Source of the DNA: an uncultured Verrucomicrobia subdivision 3 bacterium
GTDB taxonomy: Bacteria > Verrucomicrobiota > Verrucomicrobiia > Limisphaerales > UBA11358
Assembly: GCA_903944085.1 (NCBI GenBank)
Contig: CAJAQO010000038.1
Location: 4,787-68,786, forward strand
Length of the DNA: 64,000 nt
Reading direction: 5' to 3'
The position numbers and the translations under genes are program-made. The notes below the pieces were generated by a model. The model did no database searches and was not told the origin of the DNA. It worked only from the letters and a program-made list of their open reading frames with translations. This document shows positions 1 to 8,530 of the stretch, in pieces. Within the stretch, counting starts at the first letter, position 1. Each line of letters begins with the position of its first letter.

Positions 1-134
1 AACCCGGTTTGGTCGAACTTGCCCAGGCCAAAATCCGAGATGTCCCAGCGCGGTTCCGGCGGGAGCTGCCAGTTGTTTTTCTCGAAGCAAGCTTTCGCTT
101 GCCGATAGGCGCGATTGATTTCAGAACGTTTCAT
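1..134 (-). CDS. D-lyxose/D-mannose ketol-isomerase-like cupin protein, 5' end only (gene runs off the left edge)
   Basis: Absent from the ORF track because it is truncated. The reverse complement from ATG at 134-132 reads MKRSEINRAYRQAKACFEKNNWQLPPEPRWDISDFGLGKFDQTG. This resembles the N-terminus of YdaE-type D-lyxose isomerases (MKRSEIN..LPP..WDI(T/S)DFG.G.F). Confidence 0.55.
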   Translation of the reverse strand, partial: MKRSEINRAYRQAKACFEKNNWQLPPEPRWDISDFGLGKFDQTG

Positions 135-498
135 GGTTAAAGGAATTTTGCGGGAGCTGAATTGAAAGTAAGCCTGGCGACGGCGCGAGACAAGCCTTGA
201 ACCGCGTGTTTGCATTTGAAAAATGGGCCGTGCCGGCGGCCTCGCCGGCAGGTGGTCAAATAAATTGACACCTTTGCAAAACGCCGAATTTAACTGGAGC
301 GCGGAGCAATGCTCCGCGCTCCGGCAGCCCGTTGGTTCGGCAGAGGTCGCGGTTTATGATCATATTATGACCATGATCGGCAGACCGATTGAATATTCAA
401 ACGACGAAAAGTTTCCGACTGGATCTGGCGCCATAATTTTGATCCAAGCTTCATTGGCCCGCATTGACGCCGTCGCCTGGCGGAAGTAACTTTTCCGC

Positions 499-1515
499 AT
501 GATTGATGTCGCAGAAATGCAGCCGCGCGCGGCGATGACCAAAAAACAGTTTGACCCGCTGGCGAAGGAAATTTTCACGCTCAAGAAACAGCTCAACGCC
601 GTCATCCTCGCGCACAATTACCAGGTGCCGGAAATCCAGGACGTGGCCGATTTTGTCGGCGATTCGCTCGGCCTCGCGCAGCAGGCGGCGAAGACGGACG
701 CGGATGTGATCGTATTCTGCGGCGTGCATTTCATGGCGGAGACGGCGAAGATTTTGAACCCGAATAAAATCGTGGTGCTGCCGGACAAGGACGCGGGCTG
801 TTCGCTGGAAGAAAGCTGTCCGGCGGAAAAGCTCGCGGCGCTGCAAAAAACCAATCCGAATTTTTGGACGATTGCCTACATCAATTGCAGCGCGGCGGTG
901 AAAGCGTTGTGCGATGTGATTGTGACGAGCGGCAACGCGGAAAAAATCGTCAATGCCGCGCCGAAAGACCGCGACCTGCTGTTTGTGCCGGATGAAAATC
1001 TTGGCCAGTGGGTGATGGAGCAGACCGGACGGCCGATGACGCTGTGGAAAGGAAATTGTTACGCGCACGTGGAATTTCAGCGCGAGCAAGTGCTGGCGGC
1101 GAAGCGGCAGTTTCCCGACGCAAAAATTGTCGTTCATCCCGAAAGCTTGCGCGAAGTGCGCGACTTGGCGGACGCGGTTTGCTCGACGGAGAAGATGATC
1201 ACGTTTTGCAAAACCGATCCGGCCAAGCGCTTCGTCATCGTGACGGAATCCGGCATCATTCACCGGATGCAGCGGGAATGTCCCGGCAAGGAATTTCTCT
1301 GCGCGCCGACCTTCGATGCGTTGCGGGTGCCGACGGACCATTGCCGGTGCAGCGAATGCAAATTCATGAAGTTGAACACGCTGGAAAAAGTGCGCGATTG
1401 CATGAAGAAACTGTCGCCGCGCGTGGAGCTGCCGCCGGAAATCATTAAACGCGCGCGCCTGCCGATTGAGCGGATGCTGGAGATTTCGGCCAAGCCGATT
1501 GAGAATGCAGGTTGA
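499..1515 (+). CDS. nadA: quinolinate synthase NadA
   Basis: 338-aa ORF with ILAHNYQ, DFVGDSL, FCGVHFMAETAKIL, YINCSA, PESL and a C-terminal Cys cluster, typical of NadA. Confidence 0.95.
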   Translation: MIDVAEMQPRAAMTKKQFDPLAKEIFTLKKQLNAVILAHNYQVPEIQDVADFVGDSLGLAQQAAKTDADVIVFCGVHFMAETAKILNPNKIVVLPDKDAGCSLEESCPAEKLAALQKTNPNFWTIAYINCSAAVKALCDVIVTSGNAEKIVNAAPKDRDLLFVPDENLGQWVMEQTGRPMTLWKGNCYAHVEFQREQVLAAKRQFPDAKIVVHPESLREVRDLADAVCSTEKMITFCKTDPAKRFVIVTESGIIHRMQRECPGKEFLCAPTFDALRVPTDHCRCSECKFMKLNTLEKVRDCMKKLSPRVELPPEIIKRARLPIERMLEISAKPIENAG

Positions 1516-1524
1516 TGGTGGGCC

Positions 1525-2259
1525 ATGAAGTCTAGCCTCGTTATCTTCATGGCTATGCTTCCGTTGCTCTTGCCCGCTGCTGAAAATCAGGAATACGTCA
1601 TTCTGCTTCACGGCCTGTGTCGCACCAGTCGCTCGATGCTGCCGATGGAACGGGCGTTGGCGAAAAGCGGCTATCACGTCCTGAATGTGGATTATCCGTC
1701 CCGCACGGCTGGAATTGAAAAATTGAGCGAGGAAGCGATTGGCCAGGCGGTGGCCGATTGCCAAAAGGCTGGCGCGGAAAAAATCCATTTAGTCACTCAT
1801 TCGCTCGGCGGGATTTTGGTGCGCAGTTATTTGTCGCGGCACAGCATTCCAAATCTTGGGCGAGTGGTCATGCTTGGGCCGCCGAATCAAGGCAGCGAAG
1901 TGGTGGACAAATTGGGCTCGTGGTGGATTTTCAAGCAGCTCAACGGCCCGGCGGGAAATGAGCTGGGCACGGACAAAAATTCCACGCCAAACAAACTCGG
2001 CCCGGCGCATTTTTGCGTGGGCGTGGTGGCCGGCGACCATTCAATCAATTGGATCAACAGCCGGCTGATTCCCGGCCGCGACGACGGCAAGGTTTCTGTC
2101 GAACGCACCAAGCTGGCCGGGATGGCCGACCAGATTGTCATTCACGCTTCACATCCATTTTTGATGCGCAATCGGACGGCCATCCGGCAGACGATCTGTT
2201 TTTTGCGCGCCGGGCGATTTGAACCGGTTTCGGCAACGCGGATTGGGAAAGTGGTTTAA
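1525..2259 (+). CDS. secreted alpha/beta-fold hydrolase (lipase/esterase-like)
   Basis: N-terminal signal peptide (MKSSLVIFMAMLPLLLPAAE), an LLHGL oxyanion-type motif, and the nucleophile elbow THSLGG. Confidence 0.8.
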   Translation: MKSSLVIFMAMLPLLLPAAENQEYVILLHGLCRTSRSMLPMERALAKSGYHVLNVDYPSRTAGIEKLSEEAIGQAVADCQKAGAEKIHLVTHSLGGILVRSYLSRHSIPNLGRVVMLGPPNQGSEVVDKLGSWWIFKQLNGPAGNELGTDKNSTPNKLGPAHFCVGVVAGDHSINWINSRLIPGRDDGKVSVERTKLAGMADQIVIHASHPFLMRNRTAIRQTICFLRAGRFEPVSATRIGKVV

Positions 2260-2354
2260 GTTCACGCTCCTCCAGATTCCAATGCTGGCGTTGTTTGCGG
2301 GCGCGGCGCTGCTGGCGGAATCTGGCTGCGCCAGCCTTGCCCGGCCACTTCCCA

Positions 2355-2389
2355 GAACGAAAAGGCCGGAATGACAAATCATACCGGCC
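2355..2389 (-). terminator. rho-independent terminator, minus-strand orientation
   Basis: Minus strand reads GGCCGGtATGA-tttg-TCATtCCGGCC followed by TTTTCGTTC. The plus-strand reading has no T-tract. It therefore terminates a minus-strand transcript coming from the 2400-2720 region. Confidence 0.5.
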
Positions 2390-2520
2390 CTCGCAGAAAT
2401 TTTTAATCACCAAGCCTAGGTCGCCATGTGGCTGACCGGCTCGCTCCACTCGCGGCGCTGGTTGCCGACCCCATGCACGCAGACGCGGATGGCCGGCGCG
2501 GCCATCTGTAATTCTCCGTT

Positions 2521-2662
2521 TTTCCTTTGAAGAGTGGCCGGCAACCTTTGAAGGTTTCGGTGCGACCTTTGAAGGTCGAGCCAGGACCTTTGCCAGTTGC
2601 GACGTAACCTTTGAACTTTACGCCGAACCCTTTGAAGGTTTTGATAAACCCTTTGAAGAGAA
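2521..2662. repeat. 7 x 21-bp phased direct repeats, each with a CCTTTGAAGG-centred inverted repeat (operator/iteron-like or RNA mini-hairpin array)
   Basis: CCTTTG cores start at 2524, 2545, 2566, 2587, 2608, 2629 and 2650, exactly 21 bp apart. The best units are AACCTTtgAAGGTT (2543-2556) and CGACCTTtgAAGGTCG (2563-2578). Spacers between cores are unrelated. Confidence 0.85.
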
Positions 2663-2764
2663 ATGAGCGGTTCTTGCCCCAATGTGTCTCAAAACCCGTC
2701 CGGCGCATACAATTATGTATTAAAACAGGACAAAACCGGATTGCACGACGCCATGCGAGGTGGC

Positions 2765-3262
2765 GTCAGGCATCTTTGCCTGACGTAGAGGGCGAGCATC
2801 CTTGCTGCCCGGACAAAGACGGACGGATTTTACCGCGTTGCCAAATGTTCTGGGACGTATGGCTGGCCGACGGTTGGCTGGAAGTCCCGGCTCTACGGCA
2901 GGCAGGATGCCTGCCGCCACCGCAGGCCGAAGGCAGTTTGGGGTGGACGAACGGGAGCGGAGTGCGGCTGTCCCCGGCCGCAGCAAGGTCCAAAGCGCGA
3001 CGCGCATTCGCCAATCCGATGCCGGCCGGTTTAGCCATGTTGCAGCGCCCGGGGACGGGCGCGCTCCGTAGTGTCAGGCATCTTTGCCTGACGTAGAGGG
3101 CGGGCATCCTTGCCGCCCGGACAAAGACGGACGGATTTTACCGCGTTGCCAAATGTTCGGGGACGTGTGGATGGCCGACGGTTTTTTCCGCCGGGCTGGA
3201 AGCCCCGGCTCTACGGCAGGCAGGATGCCTGCCGCCACACCGGGCCAAAGCCAGTTTGGGTT
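2765..3262. repeat. tandem duplication (308-bp offset) of a composite GC-rich hairpin repeat element
   Basis: GTCAGGCATCTTTGCCTGACGTAGAGGGCG.GCATCCTTGC.GCCCGGACAAAGACGGACGGATTTTACCGCGTTGCCAAATGTTC starts at 2765 and again at 3073. Both copies continue through GGCTCTACGGCAGGCAGGATGCCTGCCGCCAC. Each copy contains three stacked hairpin modules. Confidence 0.8.
2932..3069 (+). repeat. repeat family A, copy 1 (about 135 bp; ends in GTTGCAGCGCCCGGGGACGGGCGCGCTCCG)
   Basis: Aligns by eye along its whole length with 13081-13216. A 3' fragment recurs at 58683-58716. Confidence 0.7.
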
Positions 3263-3515
3263 GGACGAACGGGGTAAAGGGCGGTTGAATTCGTATGCGA
3301 GTTTCGTGCGCGATGAAAAAGCGGTGGAGGGCCACCGCACTCCAAAACGCTGGCGCGTTGACCGATGACCACCGAACCGCGCGAAGCGTCTTGGAGTGCG
3401 CCAGCCCTCTGGCGCTTTGGGCGGCCGATGGAATTTAACACTAAGGCGCAGAGAATGGTGACCGTCGGCAATGACCTGGCCAAAGTGCGTTTGCTCACGG
3501 GAGCAAAAGGCAAAG

Positions 3516-3601
3516 GAAGAAGTATGAATGAAGAATGAAGAAATAAAATGGCAACCGGCTCGCGTCGGCGTTAATTCATCATTCATCATTCATACTTCTT
3601 C
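3516..3601. repeat. inverted repeat built from 7-nt tandem units, overlapping the 3' end of the MFS gene
   Basis: GAAGAAGTATGAATGA (3516-3531) is perfectly complementary to TCATTCATACTTCTTC (3586-3601). The arms extend as TTCATCA/TTCTTCA heptamers. The right arm encodes the last MFS codons and its stop. Confidence 0.75.
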
Positions 3602-4825
3602 ATTCGGCGACGACTCGTCGCCGCTATGCGATGGCAGTTCTCTTTGATCCTTAAAGGCGATCAGGAAATAAGCCAGCACCACGACCACCAACGCCGTCAA
3701 GCCCCACCAGAACAGCGGCCAGTGCGTGCGGTTCACGGGCGTGCAGGCGGCGAACCACCAGCCGCTGCCGAGGTAGCCAATGAGGTTGCCGATGCCGCCG
3801 TTCAGCAGCGTCATCAAGGCCTGCGCCCGCGTGCGCCACGCAGGATCAATGCGCTGGTTCAGGTAAATTTGCGCGGTGATGAACACCAGCACAAACGATG
3901 CGCCGTGCAGCGTCACGCCGAGCAGCAATGAACTGTCCGTGTTCAGCGCGCTCAGCGCGAACCGCACCACGCCGAAGACCAGGCCGCAGGCGAAAATCCA
4001 TTTCAACCGCCAATGATGCAGCAGCCACGCGAGGCTGAACATGGCGACGATCTCGCTGATTTGCGCCAGGCTCATCCACGCGCTCGTGTGCGCGAAGCCG
4101 CGTTCGTGCAGGTGCGCCGGCGCATAGGGATAAAACGCGCAGAGCGGAATGTTGAACAGCGTGGTGGTGATGAAGACCACGCGCGTGTCGCGGTTTTTCA
4201 AGAGCGTCAGCGCGTCGAGTCCGAGCCGTTCGCGCCAGGAAAGATGTTCGGCGGAAGGCGGAATTACCAGCGCCGGCAGAAAATAGGTGAACGCCGCCAC
4301 CAGCAGCCAGATGACCGCGCCGAGATACCCGGCCAGCGCCGAGCGGTCCAGGCTCAACAGCCCGATGAGCAGCGCGCCGGCCATCCAGCCGAGCGTGGCC
4401 AGCGCGCGGACGGAGCCGAATTCTTTTTTGGCATTCTCCAGGCGCGCGAGCACGAGCGCCGTGGAGATGCTGAACATCGGCGCATAGGACAGCGAAAAAA
4501 TCTGGATCAGCGCCAGCACCAGCCACGGATTCCAGCCGTTCTGAATGGCGGTGGCGATGACCGCCGTGGTCACGCCCGTGGCCGTGGCGAGCCAGCGCAG
4601 CACCTTGGCCGGCGGCACATGCCGGTCGGCCATCGCGCCAAACATGAGCGGGGAAATGAACGCCGCCACGCCGATGGCCGCGAACGCAAATGGCTTGATG
4701 CTATGCAGTCCATTCGCATCCAGGATGGTGCCGAGCGGCACAAACCAGATGGCCATCGCCACCGCCTGGATGAAGAATAAAATCATCAGCTCGGCGTATT
4801 CGGCTTTGCGCAACGTCCGTAACAT
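3590..4825 (-). CDS. MFS transporter (nucleoside:H+ symporter-like)
   Basis: About 12 predicted TM helices. The N-terminal region (MLRTLRKAEYAELMILFFIQAVAMAIWFVPLG..) resembles NHS/YegT-type MFS proteins. I chose the ATG at 4825 because the longer ORF to 4990 reads through repeat family C. Confidence 0.8.
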   Translation of the reverse strand: MLRTLRKAEYAELMILFFIQAVAMAIWFVPLGTILDANGLHSIKPFAFAAIGVAAFISPLMFGAMADRHVPPAKVLRWLATATGVTTAVIATAIQNGWNPWLVLALIQIFSLSYAPMFSISTALVLARLENAKKEFGSVRALATLGWMAGALLIGLLSLDRSALAGYLGAVIWLLVAAFTYFLPALVIPPSAEHLSWRERLGLDALTLLKNRDTRVVFITTTLFNIPLCAFYPYAPAHLHERGFAHTSAWMSLAQISEIVAMFSLAWLLHHWRLKWIFACGLVFGVVRFALSALNTDSSLLLGVTLHGASFVLVFITAQIYLNQRIDPAWRTRAQALMTLLNGGIGNLIGYLGSGWWFAACTPVNRTHWPLFWWGLTALVVVVLAYFLIAFKDQRELPSHSGDESSPNEEV

Positions 4826-4890
4826 TGGCGCGGAGAATAACAGGCCCGTGCGCAGAATTAAAGAACGGGACAACCGCCGCCCCAGCTTTG

Positions 4891-4970
4891 GGAGTGCGCG
4901 GACAAGTCCGCGCTTTGGAACTGGAAGACAGGTCTCCCAGTCGGCAAGCGGCGACGTGTCGCTGCGCTCC
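4891..4970. repeat. repeat family C, copy 1 (three-hairpin element of about 80 bp)
   Basis: GGAGTGCGCGGACAAGTCCGCGCTTTGGAACTGGAAGACAGGTCTCCCAGTCGGCAAGCGGCGACGTGTCGCTGCGCTCC. A near-identical copy lies at 40511-40595. Confidence 0.7.
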
Positions 4971-5155
4971 ATGCGCGGCCAACCACTCATTGGCCGAGGC
5001 TTGGCTCGGAATTAAAACTGGCGGCGGAACGGCGACGACCAAAGCGGGCGGCGCGCGCAATAATACGCAGCAAATAAGCGGAGCATAACCACCATTTGAA
5101 AACTGGTGTTGCCAGCAGCCTGATTCCCGGCCGCGAGATTTTTATTGGGCCAAGT

Positions 5156-5911
5156 TCACTTGACGGAATTGACGAGCGGCGTGAGGCCTTGAATCCGCAC
5201 CTCCAACTTATCGCCGCTTTGGATCGGGCCGACGCCGCTGGGCGTGCCGGTGAGAATCACGTCGCCCGGCAGCAGCGTCATGTTGGTCGAGATAAAACTG
5301 ACCAGTTCGGCGGGCTTGAAAATAAGCTGGCTGGTGTTGGAGTTCTGGCGGAGCTGGCCGTTTTGAAACTGCTGAATGTTGAGTTCGTTCGGATCAATCA
5401 TGGTCTCCACGAACGGGCCCAGCGGCGTGAAGGTGTCGAACGATTTGCAACGCGCCCATTGTGCCTCGGCCTTTTGAATCGTCCGGTCGCTGATGTCCTG
5501 CGCGGCGGTGTAGCCGAAAATGTAGCGCGCGGCCTGCGTGGGCGAGACGCTGCGAATTTTGCGCCCGATGACGATGGCGAGTTCGGCCTCAAAATCCGTG
5601 CGGTGCTGCGGAAATGGGATTTCAATCTTACCGCCGTCCGGCAGCAGCGACGTGGTGGCCTTGAACCAGATGAGCGGTTCCTTGGGCAGTTCGCGGCCCA
5701 TCTCGCGGGCGTGGTCGAGGTAATTGATGCCGACCGCGATGATCTTGCTTGGCACGATGGGCACAAGGGTTTTGACACCTTTGCGCGGCGTGGGATTTTT
5801 ATCGAAGGACGGCGAACCGAAAACATCGCCATGCAGGCGAAACAATTTCCCGTCCACCACTTTGGCGTGGAAAATTTCGTCGTCTTTTTGGAAGCGTCCG
5901 ATGGCAGCCAT
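5156..5911 (-). CDS. fumarylacetoacetate hydrolase (FAH) family protein
   Basis: KIIAVGINYLDHA, EPLIWFKATTSL, DFEAELAIVIGR and GDVILTGTPSGVGP are typical FAH-fold motifs. The track ORF extends to 5950; I prefer the start at MAAIGRF. Confidence 0.85.
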   Translation of the reverse strand: MAAIGRFQKDDEIFHAKVVDGKLFRLHGDVFGSPSFDKNPTPRKGVKTLVPIVPSKIIAVGINYLDHAREMGRELPKEPLIWFKATTSLLPDGGKIEIPFPQHRTDFEAELAIVIGRKIRSVSPTQAARYIFGYTAAQDISDRTIQKAEAQWARCKSFDTFTPLGPFVETMIDPNELNIQQFQNGQLRQNSNTSQLIFKPAELVSFISTNMTLLPGDVILTGTPSGVGPIQSGDKLEVRIQGLTPLVNSVK

Positions 5912-5988
5912 TTGTGGGAGCAGGCTAAAACGGTTGCGCGGGCGTCGCAAGGCTTAAAGGCGCGTGCGGCTTGGGCCGCGCCGACCGC

Positions 5989-6570
5989 CTATTTGCTCTT
6001 GACCTGCGTGAGCGCGTAAAGAATCAGGCCCACGATGACCAAGCTGACAATGATGCCGCCGATGATGAAGTAAGTGTTGACCTTGTTGGTCTTTTTCGAG
6101 AAGCCGGTATTCTTGGTGTCAAAGCCGGGGGCGCGGGCACCGCCCTGTTCGAGTTGTTCCAAACTGACACCTCGGGGAATAATCATGGTGCCTTCCCCGG
6201 TTTTCTTTGGCGCAGCCGGCGCTGGTGCCGCCGCACCGAACGGTGCCGCCCCGACTGGTGCCGGTGCCGGCGCGGCCACGCTCGCCCCGTCGTCAATCTT
6301 CAGTTCCACCTGGCCAAATCGCAGCGTCTGGCCGGGCTTGAGCACGGTCTCGGAAATTTTTTCGTTGTTGATGAACGTGCCGTTGGTCGAGTTGAGATCC
6401 TTGATGACGATTTCGCTGCCGCGCAAAATAATCTCGGCGTGATGGCTGGAAACCGAGCCGTCGGCGATTTGAAAAGTATTATCCTCCACGCGACCAACCG
6501 TCGTGCGCTCGATGTTCAGCTCGAACGTGCGCCCGGTCATGCCCTGATTCAGGATAACGAGTTTGGACAT
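5989..6570 (-). CDS. FHA domain-containing membrane-anchored protein
   Basis: N-terminal FHA signature (TVGR..N.F.I....VSSHHAEI......VIKDLNSTNGTFIN), an Ala/Pro-rich linker, and a C-terminal TM helix. Confidence 0.85.
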   Translation of the reverse strand: MSKLVILNQGMTGRTFELNIERTTVGRVEDNTFQIADGSVSSHHAEIILRGSEIVIKDLNSTNGTFINNEKISETVLKPGQTLRFGQVELKIDDGASVAAPAPAPVGAAPFGAAAPAPAAPKKTGEGTMIIPRGVSLEQLEQGGARAPGFDTKNTGFSKKTNKVNTYFIIGGIIVSLVIVGLILYALTQVKSK

Positions 6571-6640
6571 AGAATGTTTAGTGCGATTATGGGCGCGGCG
6601 GGTTTCAAGTCAAACGCAAATCCAAGGTTGCCGCATTTTT

Positions 6641-7810
6641 TCAGCCCCGCGTTTCGATCATCCGCCGGAATTCCGCAAACAATGGCGTCGAATCGTGCGG
6701 CCCCGGCGAGGCTTCGGGATGATATTGCACACAAAACACCGGCTTGGTCTTGTGCCGCAAGCCTTCAACGGTCCGGTCGTTCAAGTTGATGCGATGCACC
6801 GCGACGTCCGACGGCAGCGAGGCCATGTCCACCGCAAAGCCGTGATTCTGCGAGGTGATTTCGACGCGGCCGGATTCCAAATCCTTCACCGGCTGGTTGC
6901 CGCCGCGATGACCGAATTTTAATTTAAACGTTTTGCCGCCGAACGCCTGGCCCAGAATCTGGTGGCCGAGACAAATGCCGAAAATCGGGATGCCAGTGTC
7001 GAGCAGCGTCTTTACTTCGCGCACAATGTAATTCAAAGCCGCCGGATCGCCGGGGCCGTTCGAGAGGAAAATGCCGGCGGGCTTGTGCTTGAGCGCTTCG
7101 GCGGCGCTGGCGGTCGCGGGCAGAACCTGCGTCGCAAAACCATGCTGCCGCAGCCGCCGGAGGATGTTGTATTTCATCCCGTAGTCGAACGCCACAATCG
7201 GAATGTCCGCCGCCGGGAGCGGCTTGCGGAAATTCCGCGATTCGGCAATTTTATTGCCGCGCACGAGATCGAAGGCTGCACTCTGCTCGTCTTTTTCATC
7301 CCAGCGGAACGCCTTTTTGTGGGTGACTTCTTTGACGTAATCCACGCCGAGAAAGACGAATTCTTTCGCGCGTTTGACGGCTTCGGCCTCGGAAAATTTC
7401 TCGGTGGAGATAAATCCGTTCAGCGCACCACGCACGCGAAGTTTTTTGGTGAGCGCCCGCGTGTCAATGCCTTGAATGCCGGGAATGCCGTTTTGCTCCA
7501 GATATTCCGCCAGCGAGAAATCCGCGCGCCAGTTGCTCACCACCGGCGACAGTTCGCGGATGACAAAGCCCGCCGCGTGCGGCCGCCAGGATTCCACGTC
7601 CTGTGAATTGACGCCGTAATTGCCGATGAGCGGATAGGTCATCGTGACGATCTGGCCTTTGTAGGACGGGTCGGTGAGGATTTCCTGATAGCCGGTCATC
7701 GAGGTGTTGAAACACACCTCGCCGACGGCTGACGCCTTCGCGCCAAAACCTTCGCCGTGAAAAACCGAGCCGTCTTCGAGGGCCAGAATTGCTTTCATCA
7801 AATTATCCAA
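6641..7810 (-). CDS. carA: carbamoyl-phosphate synthase small (glutaminase) subunit
   Basis: Full-length CarA pattern: [32 protein letters not shown], and [13 protein letters not shown]. The start may instead be the MKAILAL Met at 7798. Confidence 0.95.
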   Translation of the reverse strand: MDNLMKAILALEDGSVFHGEGFGAKASAVGEVCFNTSMTGYQEILTDPSYKGQIVTMTYPLIGNYGVNSQDVESWRPHAAGFVIRELSPVVSNWRADFSLAEYLEQNGIPGIQGIDTRALTKKLRVRGALNGFISTEKFSEAEAVKRAKEFVFLGVDYVKEVTHKKAFRWDEKDEQSAAFDLVRGNKIAESRNFRKPLPAADIPIVAFDYGMKYNILRRLRQHGFATQVLPATASAAEALKHKPAGIFLSNGPGDPAALNYIVREVKTLLDTGIPIFGICLGHQILGQAFGGKTFKLKFGHRGGNQPVKDLESGRVEITSQNHGFAVDMASLPSDVAVHRINLNDRTVEGLRHKTKPVFCVQYHPEASPGPHDSTPLFAEFRRMIETRG

Positions 7811-7960
7811 TGCTAAAGATTTGCGCGCGCCGGTTCAAGAACGAAGCCACCGGTGCCGGCAGCCCGCGCTGCTGGAAGCCTTGGGCAAAACCGCTGCCGG
7901 CGCTGGACCAAACTTGTCAGCTTTTGGATTTATTGACCGGCTAATTTGCGCGACCAACTT

Positions 7961-8428
7961 TCAATAACTAATTTTGTCGGCCTTGGCCTGCCATTCGGCG
8001 AACACTTTCAGCGCCTGCGGACGCAACAGTTGTTGCATCGGAATGAGCCGCCGGGCAACCGGCCGGGCCACTTCACGATAAATCAAAGCGTCGTCAAACT
8101 GAATCTTCGCCGCGTCCCGGCGCGTGTTCGCGTAATAAACTTTTTTGAACCGCGCCCAGTAAATTGCCGCGAGGCACATCGGACACGGCTCGCAGCTGGT
8201 GTAAAGTTCGCAGTCGTCCAATTTGAAGGTCTTCAGCTTCTGGCAGGCGGCGCGGATGGCCGTGACTTCGGCGTGAGCGGTGGGGTCGTTCGTGGATGCC
8301 ACTTGGTTCCAGCCCCGCGCGACGATTTTTCCCCGGCGCACGACGACCGCCCCAAATGGCCCGCCGTGGTTCGCCCGCATTTTGACCAGCGACAGCCGGA
8401 TGGCGGCGCGCATGAATTGCTCTTTCAT
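7961..8428 (-). CDS. guaD: guanine deaminase (CDA-fold, B. subtilis GuaD type)
   Basis: GGPFGAVVV, TNDPTAHAEVTAIR, LYTSCEPCPMCLAAIYWAR and FDD..IY match GuaD-type zinc deaminases along the whole length. Confidence 0.85.
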   Translation of the reverse strand: MKEQFMRAAIRLSLVKMRANHGGPFGAVVVRRGKIVARGWNQVASTNDPTAHAEVTAIRAACQKLKTFKLDDCELYTSCEPCPMCLAAIYWARFKKVYYANTRRDAAKIQFDDALIYREVARPVARRLIPMQQLLRPQALKVFAEWQAKADKISY

Positions 8429-8439
8429 GGGGAAATTTT

Positions 8440-8530
8440 AACCACGGATGCACACAAATGGACACGGATAAATTCCAGAATGAACAGGATTCGCATTTTC
8501 ATCCGTGTTTATCTGTGTCCATCTGTGGTT
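8440..8530. repeat. repeat family E: 30-nt inverted arms (AACCACGGATGCACACAAATGGACACGGAT / ATCCGTGTTTATCTGTGTCCATCTGTGGTT)
   Basis: 25 of 30 arm positions are complementary. The right arm encodes the ATPase C-terminal tail (..HEPQMDTDKHG). A single-arm copy lies at 41270-41299. Confidence 0.65.

Noticed and set aside
134-498. NAD+ (nadA-motif) riboswitch upstream of nadA, and the 88-aa ORF 223..489
   Set aside because: The leader shows no tandem bulged-stem domains with the conserved C-rich internal loops I associate with the nadA motif. The ORF spans a GC hairpin repeat and AT-rich spacer and has no protein-like features. An Rfam scan would settle this.
451-1788. 445-aa minus-strand ORF antisense to nadA. 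Similar long Arg/Ala/His-rich ORFs include 5096..6019(+), 13417..14325(+), 16507..18012(-), 41386..42414(+), 44367..45830(+), 47648..48679(+), 49374..50840(+), 52468..53208(+) and 8505..9338(+).
   Set aside because: Each lies antisense to, or out of frame with, a gene that has clear family motifs. Their composition (R/A/G/H/Q-rich, with no motifs) is typical of shadow ORFs in GC-rich DNA.
2282-2374. 30-codon plus-strand sORF with a signal-peptide-like start (MLALFAGAALLAESGCAS..)
   Set aside because: It has no ribosome-binding site and a poor lipobox, and it runs into the stem of the minus-strand terminator. It is most likely fortuitous or a relic.
2521-2662. Possible CRISPR array
   Set aside because: The period is 21 bp, with a core of about 9 nt and spacers of about 12 nt, far below CRISPR repeat and spacer sizes. 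There are no cas genes in the window.
2403-2708. 101-codon minus-strand ORF translating the 21-bp array as a heptad repeat (TFKGxxx x7). The other-frame ORF 2416..2682 gives an LQR heptad.
   Set aside because: Conservation is at the nucleotide level: an identical TTCAAAGG core with unrelated spacers, and palindromic symmetry. All three frames give equally repetitive peptides. There is no SD sequence and no recognisable protein family. It is retained only as an alternative hypothesis in the first finding.
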